In this document: piece by piece, positions 37,940 to 48,911 of the stretch
Layout: each line of letters starts with the position of its first letter
How positions within the stretch are numbered: position 1 is the stretch's first letter
From: an uncultured Holophaga sp.
Lineage (GTDB): Bacteria; Acidobacteriota; Holophagae; Holophagales; Holophagaceae
DNA length: 64,000 nt
Assembly (NCBI GenBank): GCA_963664825.1
Contig: OY761614.1
Coordinates: 2,816,001-2,880,000 of the forward strand
Reading direction: 5' to 3'
Notes under the pieces: model-generated
Seen by the model: the letters and a program-made list of their open reading frames with translations, nothing else
Database searches by the model: none
What the model was told of the DNA's origin: nothing
Translations under genes and position numbers: made by a program

Positions 37940-38173
37940 ATGTTGATCGAAGTCTTCGGTCCGGGCTGCGCCAAGTGCGAAACCCTCCTCAAGCACACGC
38001 AGCACGCCGTCGAACAGCTCGGCGGCGAGCACCAGGTGGTGAAGGTCTCCGACTACGCAGCCATGGCGCAACGGGGCATCCTCAGCACCCCCGCCCTCAC
38101 CATCGACGGCCAGCTCAAGTTTCAGGGCAAGGTGGCCTCTTCCGAGGAGATCTTGGCCCTCCTGAAGGCCTGA
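37940..38173 (+). CDS. Small redox-active disulfide protein (Thioredoxin_3 type)
   Basis: IEVFGPGCAKC...GILSTPALTIDG; GGAG SD. Confidence 0.9.
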   Translation: MLIEVFGPGCAKCETLLKHTQHAVEQLGGEHQVVKVSDYAAMAQRGILSTPALTIDGQLKFQGKVASSEEILALLKA

Positions 38174-38238
38174 GAGGTTTGGCCTAGACCTTTATCGGGC
38201 GCAGCTAAAGCGAAAAAAACACCACCACAGGAGTTCCC

Positions 38239-38619
38239 ATGTCCCTTCCGCGCCTCTGCGCTTTCGTCCTGGCGGCCTCGGCCCTCCTCTCCGCCCAGGT
38301 GCCCGCCCTGGATCCCGGGGGCCTCACGCAGATCCTGAAATCCGGCAAGTGGACCGTGATCGAATTCGGCGGGCCCACCTGCGTGCCCTGCCGGAAGATG
38401 CAGCCCATCCTGGGCGATCTCCAGAAGCAGTTCGGGGAGCGCGCCCAGTTCCGCAATTTCTATGTCACTGAGCACCCCAAGGAGGCTCGCGCCCACAAGG
38501 TCATGGCCATGCCCACCCAGGTGGTCTTCGATCCCGGCGGCAAGGAGGTGACCCGTCACATCGGTCTCTGGGAGAAGGCTGATTTCCTGGCCGCCCTGGC
38601 CAAGGTCGGCCTGAAATGA
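38239..38619 (+). CDS. Exported thioredoxin-family protein
   Basis: Signal peptide; CVPC; MPTQVVFD..GKEVTRHIG. Confidence 0.88.
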   Translation: MSLPRLCAFVLAASALLSAQVPALDPGGLTQILKSGKWTVIEFGGPTCVPCRKMQPILGDLQKQFGERAQFRNFYVTEHPKEARAHKVMAMPTQVVFDPGGKEVTRHIGLWEKADFLAALAKVGLK

Positions 38620-39329
38620 TGACCGGCCTCATCGAGCGCCTGGCCGACACCGTGGCCCAGGCCCCGGCCTACCAGCAGCTCGGGCTCGTATTTTTGGGAG
38701 GGCTATTGACCTCGGCCAATCCCTGCGTCCTGGTGGCCGCGCCACTGGTGGTGGGCTTCGCGGGGGGGACCGAGGAGGGGCGCCATCACCCCATGGTGCT
38801 CTCCGCGATCTTCGTATTGGGCCTCGCCGCCGCCTTCACCCTCCTGGGACTCATCGCGGCCATGACGGGTTCCCTTCTGGGGGATATCGGATGGGGCTGG
38901 AAGGCCCTCCTGGGCCTCATCCTCCTGATCGTGGGCTTGCATCTGCTGGGCCTCTATTCCCTGCCGACGCCCTCTCCTGAACACATGAAACGCTTCCAGG
39001 GTGCCGGGCTCTTCGGCGCCTTCGCCCTGGGAGCCCTCACGGGCACCCTCTCCGCCCCCTGTGCCACCCCGGCGTTGGCCGCCGTGCTCACCGTCGTCGC
39101 CCTCCAGAAGAAGATCCTCTGGGGAGGGGTGCTGCTCTTCGTCTATGCCCTGGGACACGTGCTGCTGCTCTTCCTGGCGGGGGCGTCCTCGGGCTGGGCC
39201 AGCAGGTACGCGCAAAGCCACTTTTCGCAGGTCCTGGGCCGGTGGCTGCCCAGGGCCATGGGCGTGCTGCTCACCGGCTGCGCGCTTTGGGTCTTCTGGC
39301 TGGCCTGGGAGGCCCGGGCCGTCGCCTGA
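38616..39329 (+). CDS. CcdA/DsbD transmembrane electron carrier
   Basis: LTSANPC and APCATP with about 6 TM helices. Confidence 0.88.
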   Translation: MMTGLIERLADTVAQAPAYQQLGLVFLGGLLTSANPCVLVAAPLVVGFAGGTEEGRHHPMVLSAIFVLGLAAAFTLLGLIAAMTGSLLGDIGWGWKALLGLILLIVGLHLLGLYSLPTPSPEHMKRFQGAGLFGAFALGALTGTLSAPCATPALAAVLTVVALQKKILWGGVLLFVYALGHVLLLFLAGASSGWASRYAQSHFSQVLGRWLPRAMGVLLTGCALWVFWLAWEARAVA

Positions 39330-39364
39330 AAACAGGCTGTAGGCCCCTTGGAATGGAGGTTCCC

Positions 39365-40429
<1,065 letters not shown>

Positions 40430-40533
40430 TCCAGAGTCCCAGCACTTGCATCCCTGGGTCATGGAGGTCCTGGCCAAGCTTCGGGCACCTGGAGAGGTCC
40501 GGCAGGGAACAGGGATGTCTGACCTGAGGCTAT

Positions 40534-40584
40534 TTCTATAATTTTCGAATTAATCAGTTGCGGACTAATTCGAAAATACTAGAA
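40534..40584. promoter_or_regulatory. AT-rich inverted repeat, probable ArsR operator
   Basis: TTCTATAATTTTCGAATTA-N13-TAATTCGAAAATACTAGAA (17/19 symmetric) just before the second arsR. Confidence 0.7.
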
Positions 40585-40602
40585 TTATCTCTGGAGGGAT
40601 CG

Positions 40603-40983
40603 ATGGCGAAGATCCAGGCATCGCAGCTGGTCCAGCGGAACGCAGAGCGGTTCAAGGCCCTGGGGCATCCCATCAGGCTCTCCATCCTCCGTCTCATCGT
40701 ACAGGGGCCCGAATCCGGAACTCCGGCCGGGGAGATCCAAAATCAGGTGGGCATCCCCGCCTCCACCCTCAGTCATCATCTGGCCTGCCTGTTTGAAACG
40801 GGACTGGTCCAGGTGGATCGGGAGGGCACCTTCCTGCGCTACCGGGCGGATTTCAAGACCCTTCACGCTTTGACGGAGTACCTGTGGAAGGGCTGCTGCT
40901 CCGGTGCTTCCAAGGCGCTTTCCGACCGGCCTGAAGCCTGTTGCGGCGCGAAGGTCAGAAAAGGAGAGCCCCCTCGCATCTGA
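40603..40983 (+). CDS. arsR: ArsR family regulator (C-terminal vicinal Cys type)
   Basis: FKALGHPIRLSILRL, PASTLSHHL, EYLWKGCC, ACC. Confidence 0.88.
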   Translation: MAKIQASQLVQRNAERFKALGHPIRLSILRLIVQGPESGTPAGEIQNQVGIPASTLSHHLACLFETGLVQVDREGTFLRYRADFKTLHALTEYLWKGCCSGASKALSDRPEACCGAKVRKGEPPRI

Positions 40984-41389
40984 TTGCCTCCCATCAATTC
41001 AACAGACTAGGAGAAGCCATGGACAACGACACCCTCAAGGCCGCCGTGCGGGAACGCTACGCAGGCTTCGTAACGCGGAATACGAGTTGCTGCGCTTCCG
41101 CCTCCAGGGGATGTGGCTGTTCGGGATCCCTGGAAGACCCGAGCCTGAAGATAGGCTACGTCGTCCAGGATGTGGAGGCCGTGCCTGCGGGAGCCAATCT
41201 GGGCCTCGGATGCGGGAATCCAGTGGCCCTGGCCTCCCTCAAACCCGGCGAGGTCTTATTGGATCTCGGTTCCGGCGCGGGCTTCGACGCCTTCCTGGCC
41301 TCCCAGCGCGTGGGTCCCGAGGGGCGGGTCATTGGCGTGGACATGACTCCGGAGATGATCGCCCGTGCCCGCGCCTTGGCCGAAAAAAA

Positions 41390-42719
41390 GGTTCTTCGCG
41401 GATTTGCGTGAAGTAGGTCGGCAGTGGCGGATTTCAGGCATCTTGGGTTTGTCGAGAACTCGAGATGAAGGAGGCCGCCACTGCCTACCAAAGAGCTTAT
41501 GTCCCGCTTGGGCGGGTGGAAAGGGCAACGCGTCGGAATCGTGGAGCGCTTCGAAGCCGGGGTGAAGGGGCCGCGGGCCGAGGTGTGGATCGAGTTGCTT
41601 GGGTTCGGCGATCATCCCCGGAAGTGCAGCGGTTGTGGGCATTTCGTGCGGAGCGTCCACGACTGGTCAGAGCGGGAGATCCGCGACCTTCCGCTGTTCG
41701 ACGCCGACACAGTCCTAGTGGTGTGGCGGGCTCGAGTAGCCTGCCCCCGGTGCGGCCCGAAGCTGGAAGCCCTGGACTGGTTGGAGCCCCATGCCCGGAT
41801 CACGAACCGGCTTGCCGCGAGCGTGGCGCGGCTTTGCAAGGTCATGCCCATCAAACAGGTCGCGGAGCACTATGACCTGCACTGGGGCACGGTGAAGGCG
41901 ATCGACAAGGCTTACCTGGACCGAGAACTTGGGCCCGTGAAGCTGAGCAAGGCGAGGCTTCTTCTGATGGACGAATTCGCCATCCACAAGGGACAGAGCT
42001 ATGCCACGGTCATCACGGATGCGGAAACGCGTCGCGTGCTCTGGGTCGGGAAAGGGCGTGGCCGCGAGGACATCCGCCCGTTCTTCGATCTGATCGGGAA
42101 GAAGGGCTGCAAACGGATCCAGGCCGTGGGCATAGACATGTCGGCGGCCTTCGAAGGCGAAGTCCGGGCGCGCTGTCCCAACGCCGAGATCGTCTACGAC
42201 CAGTTTCATGTCGTGGCAAAGTACGGCCATGACGTCATCGACCGGATCCGGGTGGATGAGGCCAATCGATACCGGCACGACAAGGCCTCGCGGGAGCTCG
42301 TCAAGGGCGCGAAGTGGCTCCTGCTGGGCAATTGGGAGAACCTGCCGAATCGGGATGCCAAAGTCCGCCTCAACGAGTTATTGGACGCGAACCAGCCTCT
42401 GATGACCGCCTACGTGCTGAAAGACGCCCTGAAGGCACTGTGGCGCTACACGCGGGAGGGCTGGGCTCTGAAGGCCTGGGAGAACTGGATGGAACTCGCC
42501 ACCTCAAGTGGACTCCAGCCCCTCGTGAAGTTCGCCAAGAATCTCGCCCAGCGGATCGACGGAATCCTCTCCCATTGCCGCTGGCCGCTCAATACCAGCG
42601 TCCAGGAAGGGATCAACAACAAGATCAAAGTCCTCAAGCGCATCGCCTACGGCTACCGGGATGAGGGCTACTTCTTCCTTAAGATCCGTGCGGCCTTCCC
42701 CGGAAAAACGTGAAGAACC
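41390..42719 (+). mobile_element. ISL3-family insertion sequence, 1330 bp
   Basis: Ends GGTTCTTCGCG... and ...CGTGAAGAACC; 8-bp target duplication GAAAAAAA at 41382-41389 and 42720-42727. Confidence 0.96.
41499..42713 (+). CDS. ISL3 family transposase
   Basis: Zn finger CSGC/CPRC, MDEFA, IDMS, YDQFHV, EGINNKIKVLKRIAYGYRD. Confidence 0.96.
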   Translation: MSRLGGWKGQRVGIVERFEAGVKGPRAEVWIELLGFGDHPRKCSGCGHFVRSVHDWSEREIRDLPLFDADTVLVVWRARVACPRCGPKLEALDWLEPHARITNRLAASVARLCKVMPIKQVAEHYDLHWGTVKAIDKAYLDRELGPVKLSKARLLLMDEFAIHKGQSYATVITDAETRRVLWVGKGRGREDIRPFFDLIGKKGCKRIQAVGIDMSAAFEGEVRARCPNAEIVYDQFHVVAKYGHDVIDRIRVDEANRYRHDKASRELVKGAKWLLLGNWENLPNRDAKVRLNELLDANQPLMTAYVLKDALKALWRYTREGWALKAWENWMELATSSGLQPLVKFAKNLAQRIDGILSHCRWPLNTSVQEGINNKIKVLKRIAYGYRDEGYFFLKIRAAFPGKT

Positions 42720-43621
42720 GAAAAAAACGGTTACTGCAACGTGGAATTCCGCCAGGGGGATATCGAGCAGATTCCCCTGGAGGATGCCTCGGTGGATGTG
42801 ATCATCTCCAATTGCGTCATCAACCTCACCACGGATAAGGCCAGGGCCTTCCGGGAAGCCTTCCGGGAAGCCTTCCGGGTGCTCAGGCCCGGTGGTCGCC
42901 TCCTGGTATCGGACATCGTGCTGCTGAAGGCCCTGCCGGAGGTGATCCGACACGATCTGGATGCCTACGCGGCCTGTGTGGCCGGGGCCTTGCCCAAGGG
43001 TGACTACCTGGCAGCCCTCCGCGCCGCGGGGTTCTCGGCCATCGAAGGGGTGGGCGAAACCCATTTTGATCTCGGAGAACCCACTGCAAAGAACGTGGAA
43101 GGGGCCCAAAAGATCACGGCAGCCGATCTGAAGGAGGCCGCCGAGGCTGTGGCGAGCGTCCAGATTCAGGCATTCAAGGCCGCTCCTGGATCCGTTTTCG
43201 CCGGTTGAAATTCAATTCCCGCCGGTTGAAAAGACGAGGGCCGCCAGGGCACCCAGGAGGATCAGCAAGATATCGCTACCGCTCAAGGTGCCGTAGCGGG
43301 TCGTGGTGAAGAACGTATGGAGAACCATCCGGTGGGCCATGGGAATCTCCCTTCCGCAAGGAATCCTGTCCTACTCCTAAGGATGGGCTCCGGTGCGATA
43401 GGGGCTGTGACAGTTCCGTGAATTCGAGGGGACAACGCTTCACCCACTGTCCTTTCGATCTCCTGGGCGGCGATGGGATGCTGAAAAATTACAATCAGGC
43501 TTGATATGCGGTCTTCCGGGATCCGTGGGATCATGGGAGGAACCCATTCCGCAGGGCCGCTCTTGTAGGGGCGATTGGCCTGGGTGGACCGTTCGCATCG
43601 AAATGTCATCGGAGGAGGAGC

Positions 43622-43840
43622 ATGAGCCAGGCTCACGTCAAAGGTCATCTGGGTGGACTGCCCTCGCCGGTGGAAGGTATGAACCTGGGGCATTGGCTTG
43701 GTCGTGCGCGGGTCACGGAGGATCAGCTGACGGCTCTTCTCGCCAGGCCAGACCTCAACCCCCTTCAGCAGGCCAAGGTCCAGGGCCTACTGGGGCGCCT
43801 TCGTCTCGATATTTCGGAGCAGTTGAAGAAACAGCCTTAG
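43622..43840 (+). CDS. Small hypothetical protein
   Basis: Strong GGAGGAGGAG SD; 72 aa, predicted helical. Confidence 0.55.
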   Translation: MSQAHVKGHLGGLPSPVEGMNLGHWLGRARVTEDQLTALLARPDLNPLQQAKVQGLLGRLRLDISEQLKKQP

Positions 43841-43926
43841 GGGCCGTTACCAAATAATCCGGCTTTTCTGGCTCTTTCGATACGGCCCCTCATGTCGTGG
43901 TGGCATGGCGATTCCGCGACAACGAC

Positions 43927-44328
43927 TCAGCCCTGAACGGGGCCAGGGTCACCGGCCTGCCGCACGAAACCTTCGAATTCCCGCTGGGCCTGTTCGGGAT
44001 CGGGGCTTCTGAAGAGCACTAGGTCCCTCAGCCGCTCCAGACCCTCCTTTCCCAGGATTTGGGAAAATCGGATCGCCAAGCCATCGGCGTTGTCCCTGAC
44101 AACGGTGCCCCAGGCCAGGATCTTGGTCTCTACGCCCTCTTCCAGCACGAAGATGATGATGTAGCACCTCGTCCCCAGGGGCACCCGCTCGGTGCTGCGC
44201 ACCAGGATGCCGTTCATGCTGATATTGATGGCCGAAGGGCAGGTGAGGGTCCTCTCTTCGGCCATCACCTTGAGGCGGTAGCCGATGGGAACGCGTATGA
44301 ATTTTCGCGGGAGAGTCCGCCTGTCCAT
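43927..44328 (-). CDS. PilZ domain protein
   Basis: RKFIR (RxxxR) and NISMNG (D/NxSxxG) motifs. Confidence 0.88.
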   Translation of the reverse strand: MDRRTLPRKFIRVPIGYRLKVMAEERTLTCPSAINISMNGILVRSTERVPLGTRCYIIIFVLEEGVETKILAWGTVVRDNADGLAIRFSQILGKEGLERLRDLVLFRSPDPEQAQREFEGFVRQAGDPGPVQG

Positions 44329-44532
44329 TAGATGTTCCTGGGTCCTGGGGTGGGACTCTGAACCATACCCTCACAGAAGGGGAGGTCCGGGACTGATGCC
44401 ACTATCGCTACCTTCGATGATTGGGGGAAGATGGGTCCTTCAGCGCTTGGAGATGGCCTTCCTGGATGCGGTTTTCCTCGTCAGGTTTCTCGCTTTTCCC
44501 CGAGGGCGAAGCCAATCCTGGAGGTGATTCTC

Positions 44533-44760
44533 ATGGCAGAAACTCATCCCAACGAACTCCCGCCCATCGGAGAGGCGGAGTACCTGCTGGAGACGCCCCT
44601 GAAGTGCCACTGCTGCCAGCAGATGATTGCCTCGGTGCTGATCGTGCGACTCCTGCGGGTGCGGGTGAATTTCGTGTCCTCCCTGCCCCGGAGAGGCCAT
44701 GTGGTGGTCTGTCCCTCCTGCCATGGCATCCTTTCCGCCGAACTGGGCGGGATGGCCTGA
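44533..44760 (+). CDS. Small zinc-ribbon-like protein
   Basis: GGAGGT SD; CHCC and CPSC pairs. Confidence 0.7.
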   Translation: MAETHPNELPPIGEAEYLLETPLKCHCCQQMIASVLIVRLLRVRVNFVSSLPRRGHVVVCPSCHGILSAELGGMA

Positions 44761-44770
44761 GGCATTCCGA

Positions 44771-45034
44771 TCAGGCCTTCGTGAGGGCGTCGCGGATGGC
44801 TTCGAGGCGGTCCAGGATGGCTCCCAGGCTGGCGAACAAGAGGCCCGCAGCGATTCCCCCCAGTCCTGTCCTCCAGGCTTGCAACATGGCGGAACTCCGC
44901 TCCACGGCATTGGAGATGAAGACATAGCCCTCCAGGTGTTCCTCGGCCGGCGGAGCCTTGATGGCGATGGTGATGGCGATGGCGATGCCGAGGGCGGCCA
45001 CGACGATCGCGAAGATGTTGAGGGCCTTTTTCAT
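44771..45034 (-). CDS. Small membrane protein
   Basis: MKKALNIFAIVVAALGIAIAI; second TM followed by ILDRLEAIRD. Confidence 0.65.
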   Translation of the reverse strand: MKKALNIFAIVVAALGIAIAITIAIKAPPAEEHLEGYVFISNAVERSSAMLQAWRTGLGGIAAGLLFASLGAILDRLEAIRDALTKA

Positions 45035-45154
45035 TGGAGTCTCCGGGTCTTCAGATTCCTGGCTGGGATTATGGCTCAAGCTCAGGTCCAGGCCTTCACC
45101 TTTTTGGGGCTGAGCCTTTGGAAAATCGTCTCCAGGCAAAGACACCAAGAGGCC

Positions 45155-46732
45155 TTACGGTAGCGGTTCTGCTCGGGTTCGGGCCGCGGTGACGCGGTTT
45201 CTCCCGGCCTTCTTGGACTGGTACAGGGCCTCGTCAGCCTGGGCGATGAACCATGCTTCATCCCGGTCCTGCGCGACCGGGGCTGAAGCCAGGCCGATGC
45301 TGAGAGAGAGGTGGGGCGCTGCCTCTGAATATGCGTGAGGAATGGCTCGCTGGGCCAGGCTCTTCAGGAGTTTCGAAGCCACCTTCAACGCGTTCTCCTC
45401 GCTGACGCCTGGGAGGATGACGGCGAACTCTTCGCCCCCGTACCGGGCCGGCAGCTCTCCGGCGCGTTGGAACACCTCGCGCATTACTTCCCCCACCGCC
45501 CGGAGGGCATCGTCTCCGCCCTGGTGGCCGTAGTGGTCGTTGTAGCGCTTGAAAAAATCCACATCGCACATCAGGAGGGATAATCGCCCCCCTCCGCGCC
45601 TGGCTCGACGGATCTCTTCCTCCATCACGTCGTTGAAGCGTCGCCGGTTGGCCAGGCCCGTGAGGGCATCCTCGATGGCCATCTGCTGCAAGCGCAGATT
45701 GAGCTCCTCCAACTCCATCGTGCGGGCCGCCACCCGGGCCTCGAGTTCCACGTTGGCCCGGCGGAGTTGTTCGGCCTGCTGCATGTTCTCACTGAAGAGC
45801 TTCGCGTTGGTGAGGGCCAGGCTCGCTCGATCCGCTAGGTTCTGGAGCATGGTCTGGTCTTCTTCGGAGTAGGGCCGGCTGGCCGATCCCTTGGCGAGGG
45901 TGAGCGTGCCCAGGGTCACGCCCTGGGTGCGAAGGGGCACGGAGAGGAGACTGTGGGCGTTGTAGCGCCTGAGGAAGGGATGGAATTCCGGGCGAAGGGC
46001 CTCTCGGATGCGCTGCCCCTTGGGGTCCTCCAGGCGGAGGCCCAGGCCCGAAGCGGCCACCCGGCCAGGGACTGAATCCGGAGCCGTGGCCTGGGAAAGT
46101 GTCCGGATATCGGGCAGGACATCCTTTCCATCCAGGTAGGGCTGGTCTACGGCCCGAGGCACTAGGCCTCCCTGGCCGTCCAGCATTTCCACGACGGCGA
46201 GATCTCCGATATCGGCCGCCAGATAGCGGGCGATGAGATCCAGGGCTCGCTGGTAATCCGATCCCGCCTCCGCCAGGGCCAAGAAGACGCTGTTCTGGGC
46301 CTCCGCGCGCCTCAGCCGCGTTTTGTGATCCGATTCGAGGCGCTTTCGGTCCCCGATATCCCGGATGGTGGAGAGGATCCGCGCTTCGCCGTCGAGGCTC
46401 GCCAGGTGAAGGCTCATCTCCACCCAGAAGATTCGCCCCCGGCGATCATGGGCGAGCCATTCGAAGGTCTGAGGATCCCCCTCCGCGGCCTTGTGTACCC
46501 AGGCCAGGGCGTCCTTCTGGGTATAGGGGGCAAGACCCACGCTGAGAGCCCCCATGGGAAGGGTCAGCAGATCCTCTCGAACCTGTCCGAAGAGCGAACA
46601 GGCACGAACATTGGCGTCCAGGATGGCCCCGGACTCCGGATCGTGGATGAGGATGGCCTCCTGGAATGCGTTGAACAGCGCACGGGCGCGGTCCTCGTCC
46701 TTGCTGGAGCGGGCAGTTCTCCTCACAGGCAT
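45155..46732 (-). CDS. Diguanylate cyclase (PAS-GAF-GGDEF)
   Basis: DALTGLANRR, DVDFFKRYNDHYGH, RYGGEEF, ADEALYQSK. Confidence 0.93.
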   Translation of the reverse strand: MPVRRTARSSKDEDRARALFNAFQEAILIHDPESGAILDANVRACSLFGQVREDLLTLPMGALSVGLAPYTQKDALAWVHKAAEGDPQTFEWLAHDRRGRIFWVEMSLHLASLDGEARILSTIRDIGDRKRLESDHKTRLRRAEAQNSVFLALAEAGSDYQRALDLIARYLAADIGDLAVVEMLDGQGGLVPRAVDQPYLDGKDVLPDIRTLSQATAPDSVPGRVAASGLGLRLEDPKGQRIREALRPEFHPFLRRYNAHSLLSVPLRTQGVTLGTLTLAKGSASRPYSEEDQTMLQNLADRASLALTNAKLFSENMQQAEQLRRANVELEARVAARTMELEELNLRLQQMAIEDALTGLANRRRFNDVMEEEIRRARRGGGRLSLLMCDVDFFKRYNDHYGHQGGDDALRAVGEVMREVFQRAGELPARYGGEEFAVILPGVSEENALKVASKLLKSLAQRAIPHAYSEAAPHLSLSIGLASAPVAQDRDEAWFIAQADEALYQSKKAGRNRVTAARTRAEPLP

Positions 46733-46878
46733 GGAGGCACGCTAGCACATTTGCAGGAATAGAGGAGCCAAAGGGTAAGAAAAAAGGATCCAAAACCAAA
46801 AGTGACAAGCAATTATTTTGCTAAAACTTTCGCTTTTGTTTTGGCTTGTGGCCGAATGTTCCATTCCTAGACTGATAG

Positions 46879-46922
46879 GTGGACTTCAGTGGCACAAAGT
46901 GGATCGTTTTGGATCAAAGTGG
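46879..46922 (+). promoter_or_regulatory. MraZ-binding repeats in the dcw promoter
   Basis: GTGG at 46879, 46889, 46899, TTGG at 46909, GTGG at 46919 (10-bp period), downstream of a TAGACT -10-like hexamer at 46868. Confidence 0.8.
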
Positions 46923-46967
46923 TCCAAGGCGCCCTCCTCGATCCTCTGGAGCTTTCTCTCGAAAGGC

Positions 46968-47438
46968 ATGCGGTTGTTACGTCTTCGCGGCAATTCCCCG
47001 GCGACGGTGGATGAAAAGGGGCGCCTCAAGCTCCCCACCACCTTCAAGGCCGATCTCGACACCCTCGCCACCGGCGAAGGGCAGGGGAATGTCCGCCATT
47101 ACCTGACATCCCTGGATGGGAAGAGCGCGCGGCTCTACCCCATGCCCGTCTGGGAGGCCTTCGAGGCCCGGCTGGCCCAGTTGCCCAGCACCAATCCAGC
47201 CCGGCGCAAGCTGCTGGAATTCACCGCCTACTACGGCAGCGAGGTCTCCCCCGATGCCCAGGGGCGCTTCGTCATCCCTCCCATCCTGCGGGAGGCCGCC
47301 CAGCTCATGGGCGAAGTGGCCATCCTGGGGCAGCTGGATCATCTGGCCCTCTGGAATCGCGGGCACTTCGAACGCCGTCTGGCGGCCGAACCGCTCACCA
47401 CCGACGATCTGGCCCAGTTGGCGGAATTGGGGATCTGA
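46968..47438 (+). CDS. mraZ: Division/cell wall cluster repressor MraZ
   Basis: VDEKGRLKLP and DAQGRFVIP AbrB-like repeats. Confidence 0.93.
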   Translation: MRLLRLRGNSPATVDEKGRLKLPTTFKADLDTLATGEGQGNVRHYLTSLDGKSARLYPMPVWEAFEARLAQLPSTNPARRKLLEFTAYYGSEVSPDAQGRFVIPPILREAAQLMGEVAILGQLDHLALWNRGHFERRLAAEPLTTDDLAQLAELGI

Positions 47439-48418
47439 TGACCACGCCCATCGTCCATGTCCCCGTCCTGCTCCACGAAGTCCTGGAGCACCTGCCCGTT
47501 CCTCCGGGAGGGCGGGTGCTCGATCTGACCCTGGGGCTGGGGGGCCATGCCCAGGCGATCCTGGCCCAGGCCGGACCCGAGGTGCGTTATCTCGGCGTGG
47601 ACCGGGACCCCCAGGCCCGGGCCCTCGCCCAGGGGCGCCTGGGCCAGGACGCTCGGATCACGATCATGGCCGGGAGCTACGAGGAGGTGTGGAGTGACCC
47701 CGCCTTCCAGGCCTGGTGCCACCTCCAGGCCCCCGATGGCTTCGACGTCATCCTCATGGATCTGGGCATCTCCACGCTCCATCTGAAGGATGCCTCCCGG
47801 GGCTTCAGCTTCATGGAAGCAGGGCCCCTGGATATGCGGATGGATACTGAGCACGGCCTCACGGCTCTCGAGTGGATCCAGGAACAGAGCGAAGAGAGCC
47901 TGGCCGACGCGATCTACCGCTTCGGGGAAGAGCGCGCCTCCCGGCCCATCGCCCGGGCCATCCTCAAGGCCCTGGAAGCCGGACAGCTCAATACGACGCG
48001 CGATCTGGCCGCTGCGGTCTACAAGGTCATTCCCCGGGAACCCGCCAAACGCAAGGGGCTTTCCGATCCCGCCACCCGCACCTTCCAGGGCATCCGCATC
48101 GCCGTCAATGGCGAATTGGAGGGCCTGGCCCAGACCCTCGAAAGGACGGTGGCCGCCCTCAAGGTCGGCGGGCGCCTGGGCGTCATCAGTTTCCACAGCC
48201 TGGAGGACCGCATCGTCAAGCAGACCCTGCGGCGCCTGGCGGGCATCTACGACGGGTCGGGGCGCATCGCGCCCAGCCCCCTTCCCAAACTGCTCCGGCT
48301 CATCTACGGCGGGGGCCTCGTCCCCACCGAGGAAGAGACCCGGGCCAATCCTCCCTCTCGTTCCGCCCGCCTCCGCCTTGGTGAGCGCCTGCCGTTTGAA
48401 GCTCCGAGGGTCCCATGA
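47438..48418 (+). CDS. rsmH: 16S rRNA m4C1402 methyltransferase
   Basis: HVPVLLHE, DLTLGLGGH, RGFSF..GPLDMRM, FHSLEDRIVK, SRSARLR. Confidence 0.96.
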   Translation: MTTPIVHVPVLLHEVLEHLPVPPGGRVLDLTLGLGGHAQAILAQAGPEVRYLGVDRDPQARALAQGRLGQDARITIMAGSYEEVWSDPAFQAWCHLQAPDGFDVILMDLGISTLHLKDASRGFSFMEAGPLDMRMDTEHGLTALEWIQEQSEESLADAIYRFGEERASRPIARAILKALEAGQLNTTRDLAAAVYKVIPREPAKRKGLSDPATRTFQGIRIAVNGELEGLAQTLERTVAALKVGGRLGVISFHSLEDRIVKQTLRRLAGIYDGSGRIAPSPLPKLLRLIYGGGLVPTEEETRANPPSRSARLRLGERLPFEAPRVP

Positions 48419-48792
48419 ACCTCACCCAGACACCTGCTCGTCGAGATCCCATGCTGCCCGCCCGCCAGGTGGAGGGCGAGGGCGTGCTTCGCATGATCCT
48501 GCTGGCCCTGGCCCTGACCATGCCCCTGGCCTCCCTGGCCTATCTCAAGATCCAGCAGACGCGCCTGAGCTACGAGATGAGCGATATCCGCGACCGCATC
48601 AAGCAGGAGGAAGAACTGAACCGCAAGCTTCTGCTGGAGCGCTCCCGCTACCAGCGGGATGAGGAGGTCCAGTCCTTCGCCGTGGAGACGGGCATGCAGC
48701 CCCGCTGCCAGAGCCACCTCATCCACCGTTCCTTCACCGCCGACGATCAGCGCTTGGCCAAGCTGAGGCCCGTCTCCTCTCTGGAGAACTGA
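48415..48792 (+). CDS. ftsL: Cell division protein FtsL-like
   Basis: Single TM plus coiled coil, between rsmH and ftsI. Confidence 0.75.
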   Translation: MNLTQTPARRDPMLPARQVEGEGVLRMILLALALTMPLASLAYLKIQQTRLSYEMSDIRDRIKQEEELNRKLLLERSRYQRDEEVQSFAVETGMQPRCQSHLIHRSFTADDQRLAKLRPVSSLEN

Positions 48793-48911
48793 TGAAGGTG
48801 CAGCTCCGGGCAGCCGCCGAGGCACGAGGCGGCGTAAAGCAGCGCGAGTCAGGCTCGGCCGAAGGCCGAACTGGATCGTGCTGCGCCCCGGAGTGCCCGA
48901 TTGCGCCTTCA
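48793..48911 (-). repeat. Structured palindromic element, copy A
   Basis: Nested inverted repeats; reverse complement aligns with 52752-52850. Confidence 0.75.

Larger units (their letters stand above)
41019..43208 (+). pseudogene. arsM: Arsenite S-adenosylmethionine methyltransferase interrupted by ISL3
   Basis: 5' part LGLGCGNP, LDLGSGAGFD, GVDMTPEM; 3' part [25 protein letters not shown]; removing the IS plus one TSD restores the frame ([12 protein letters not shown]). Confidence 0.95.

Noticed and set aside
40430..40530. Possible arsC remnant (one frame reads HLHPWVMEVLAKL)
   Set aside because: Too short, and no CxxNxxRS motif
43283..43620. Possible riboswitch or ncRNA upstream of the 72-aa ORF
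   Set aside because: No recognisable aptamer consensus
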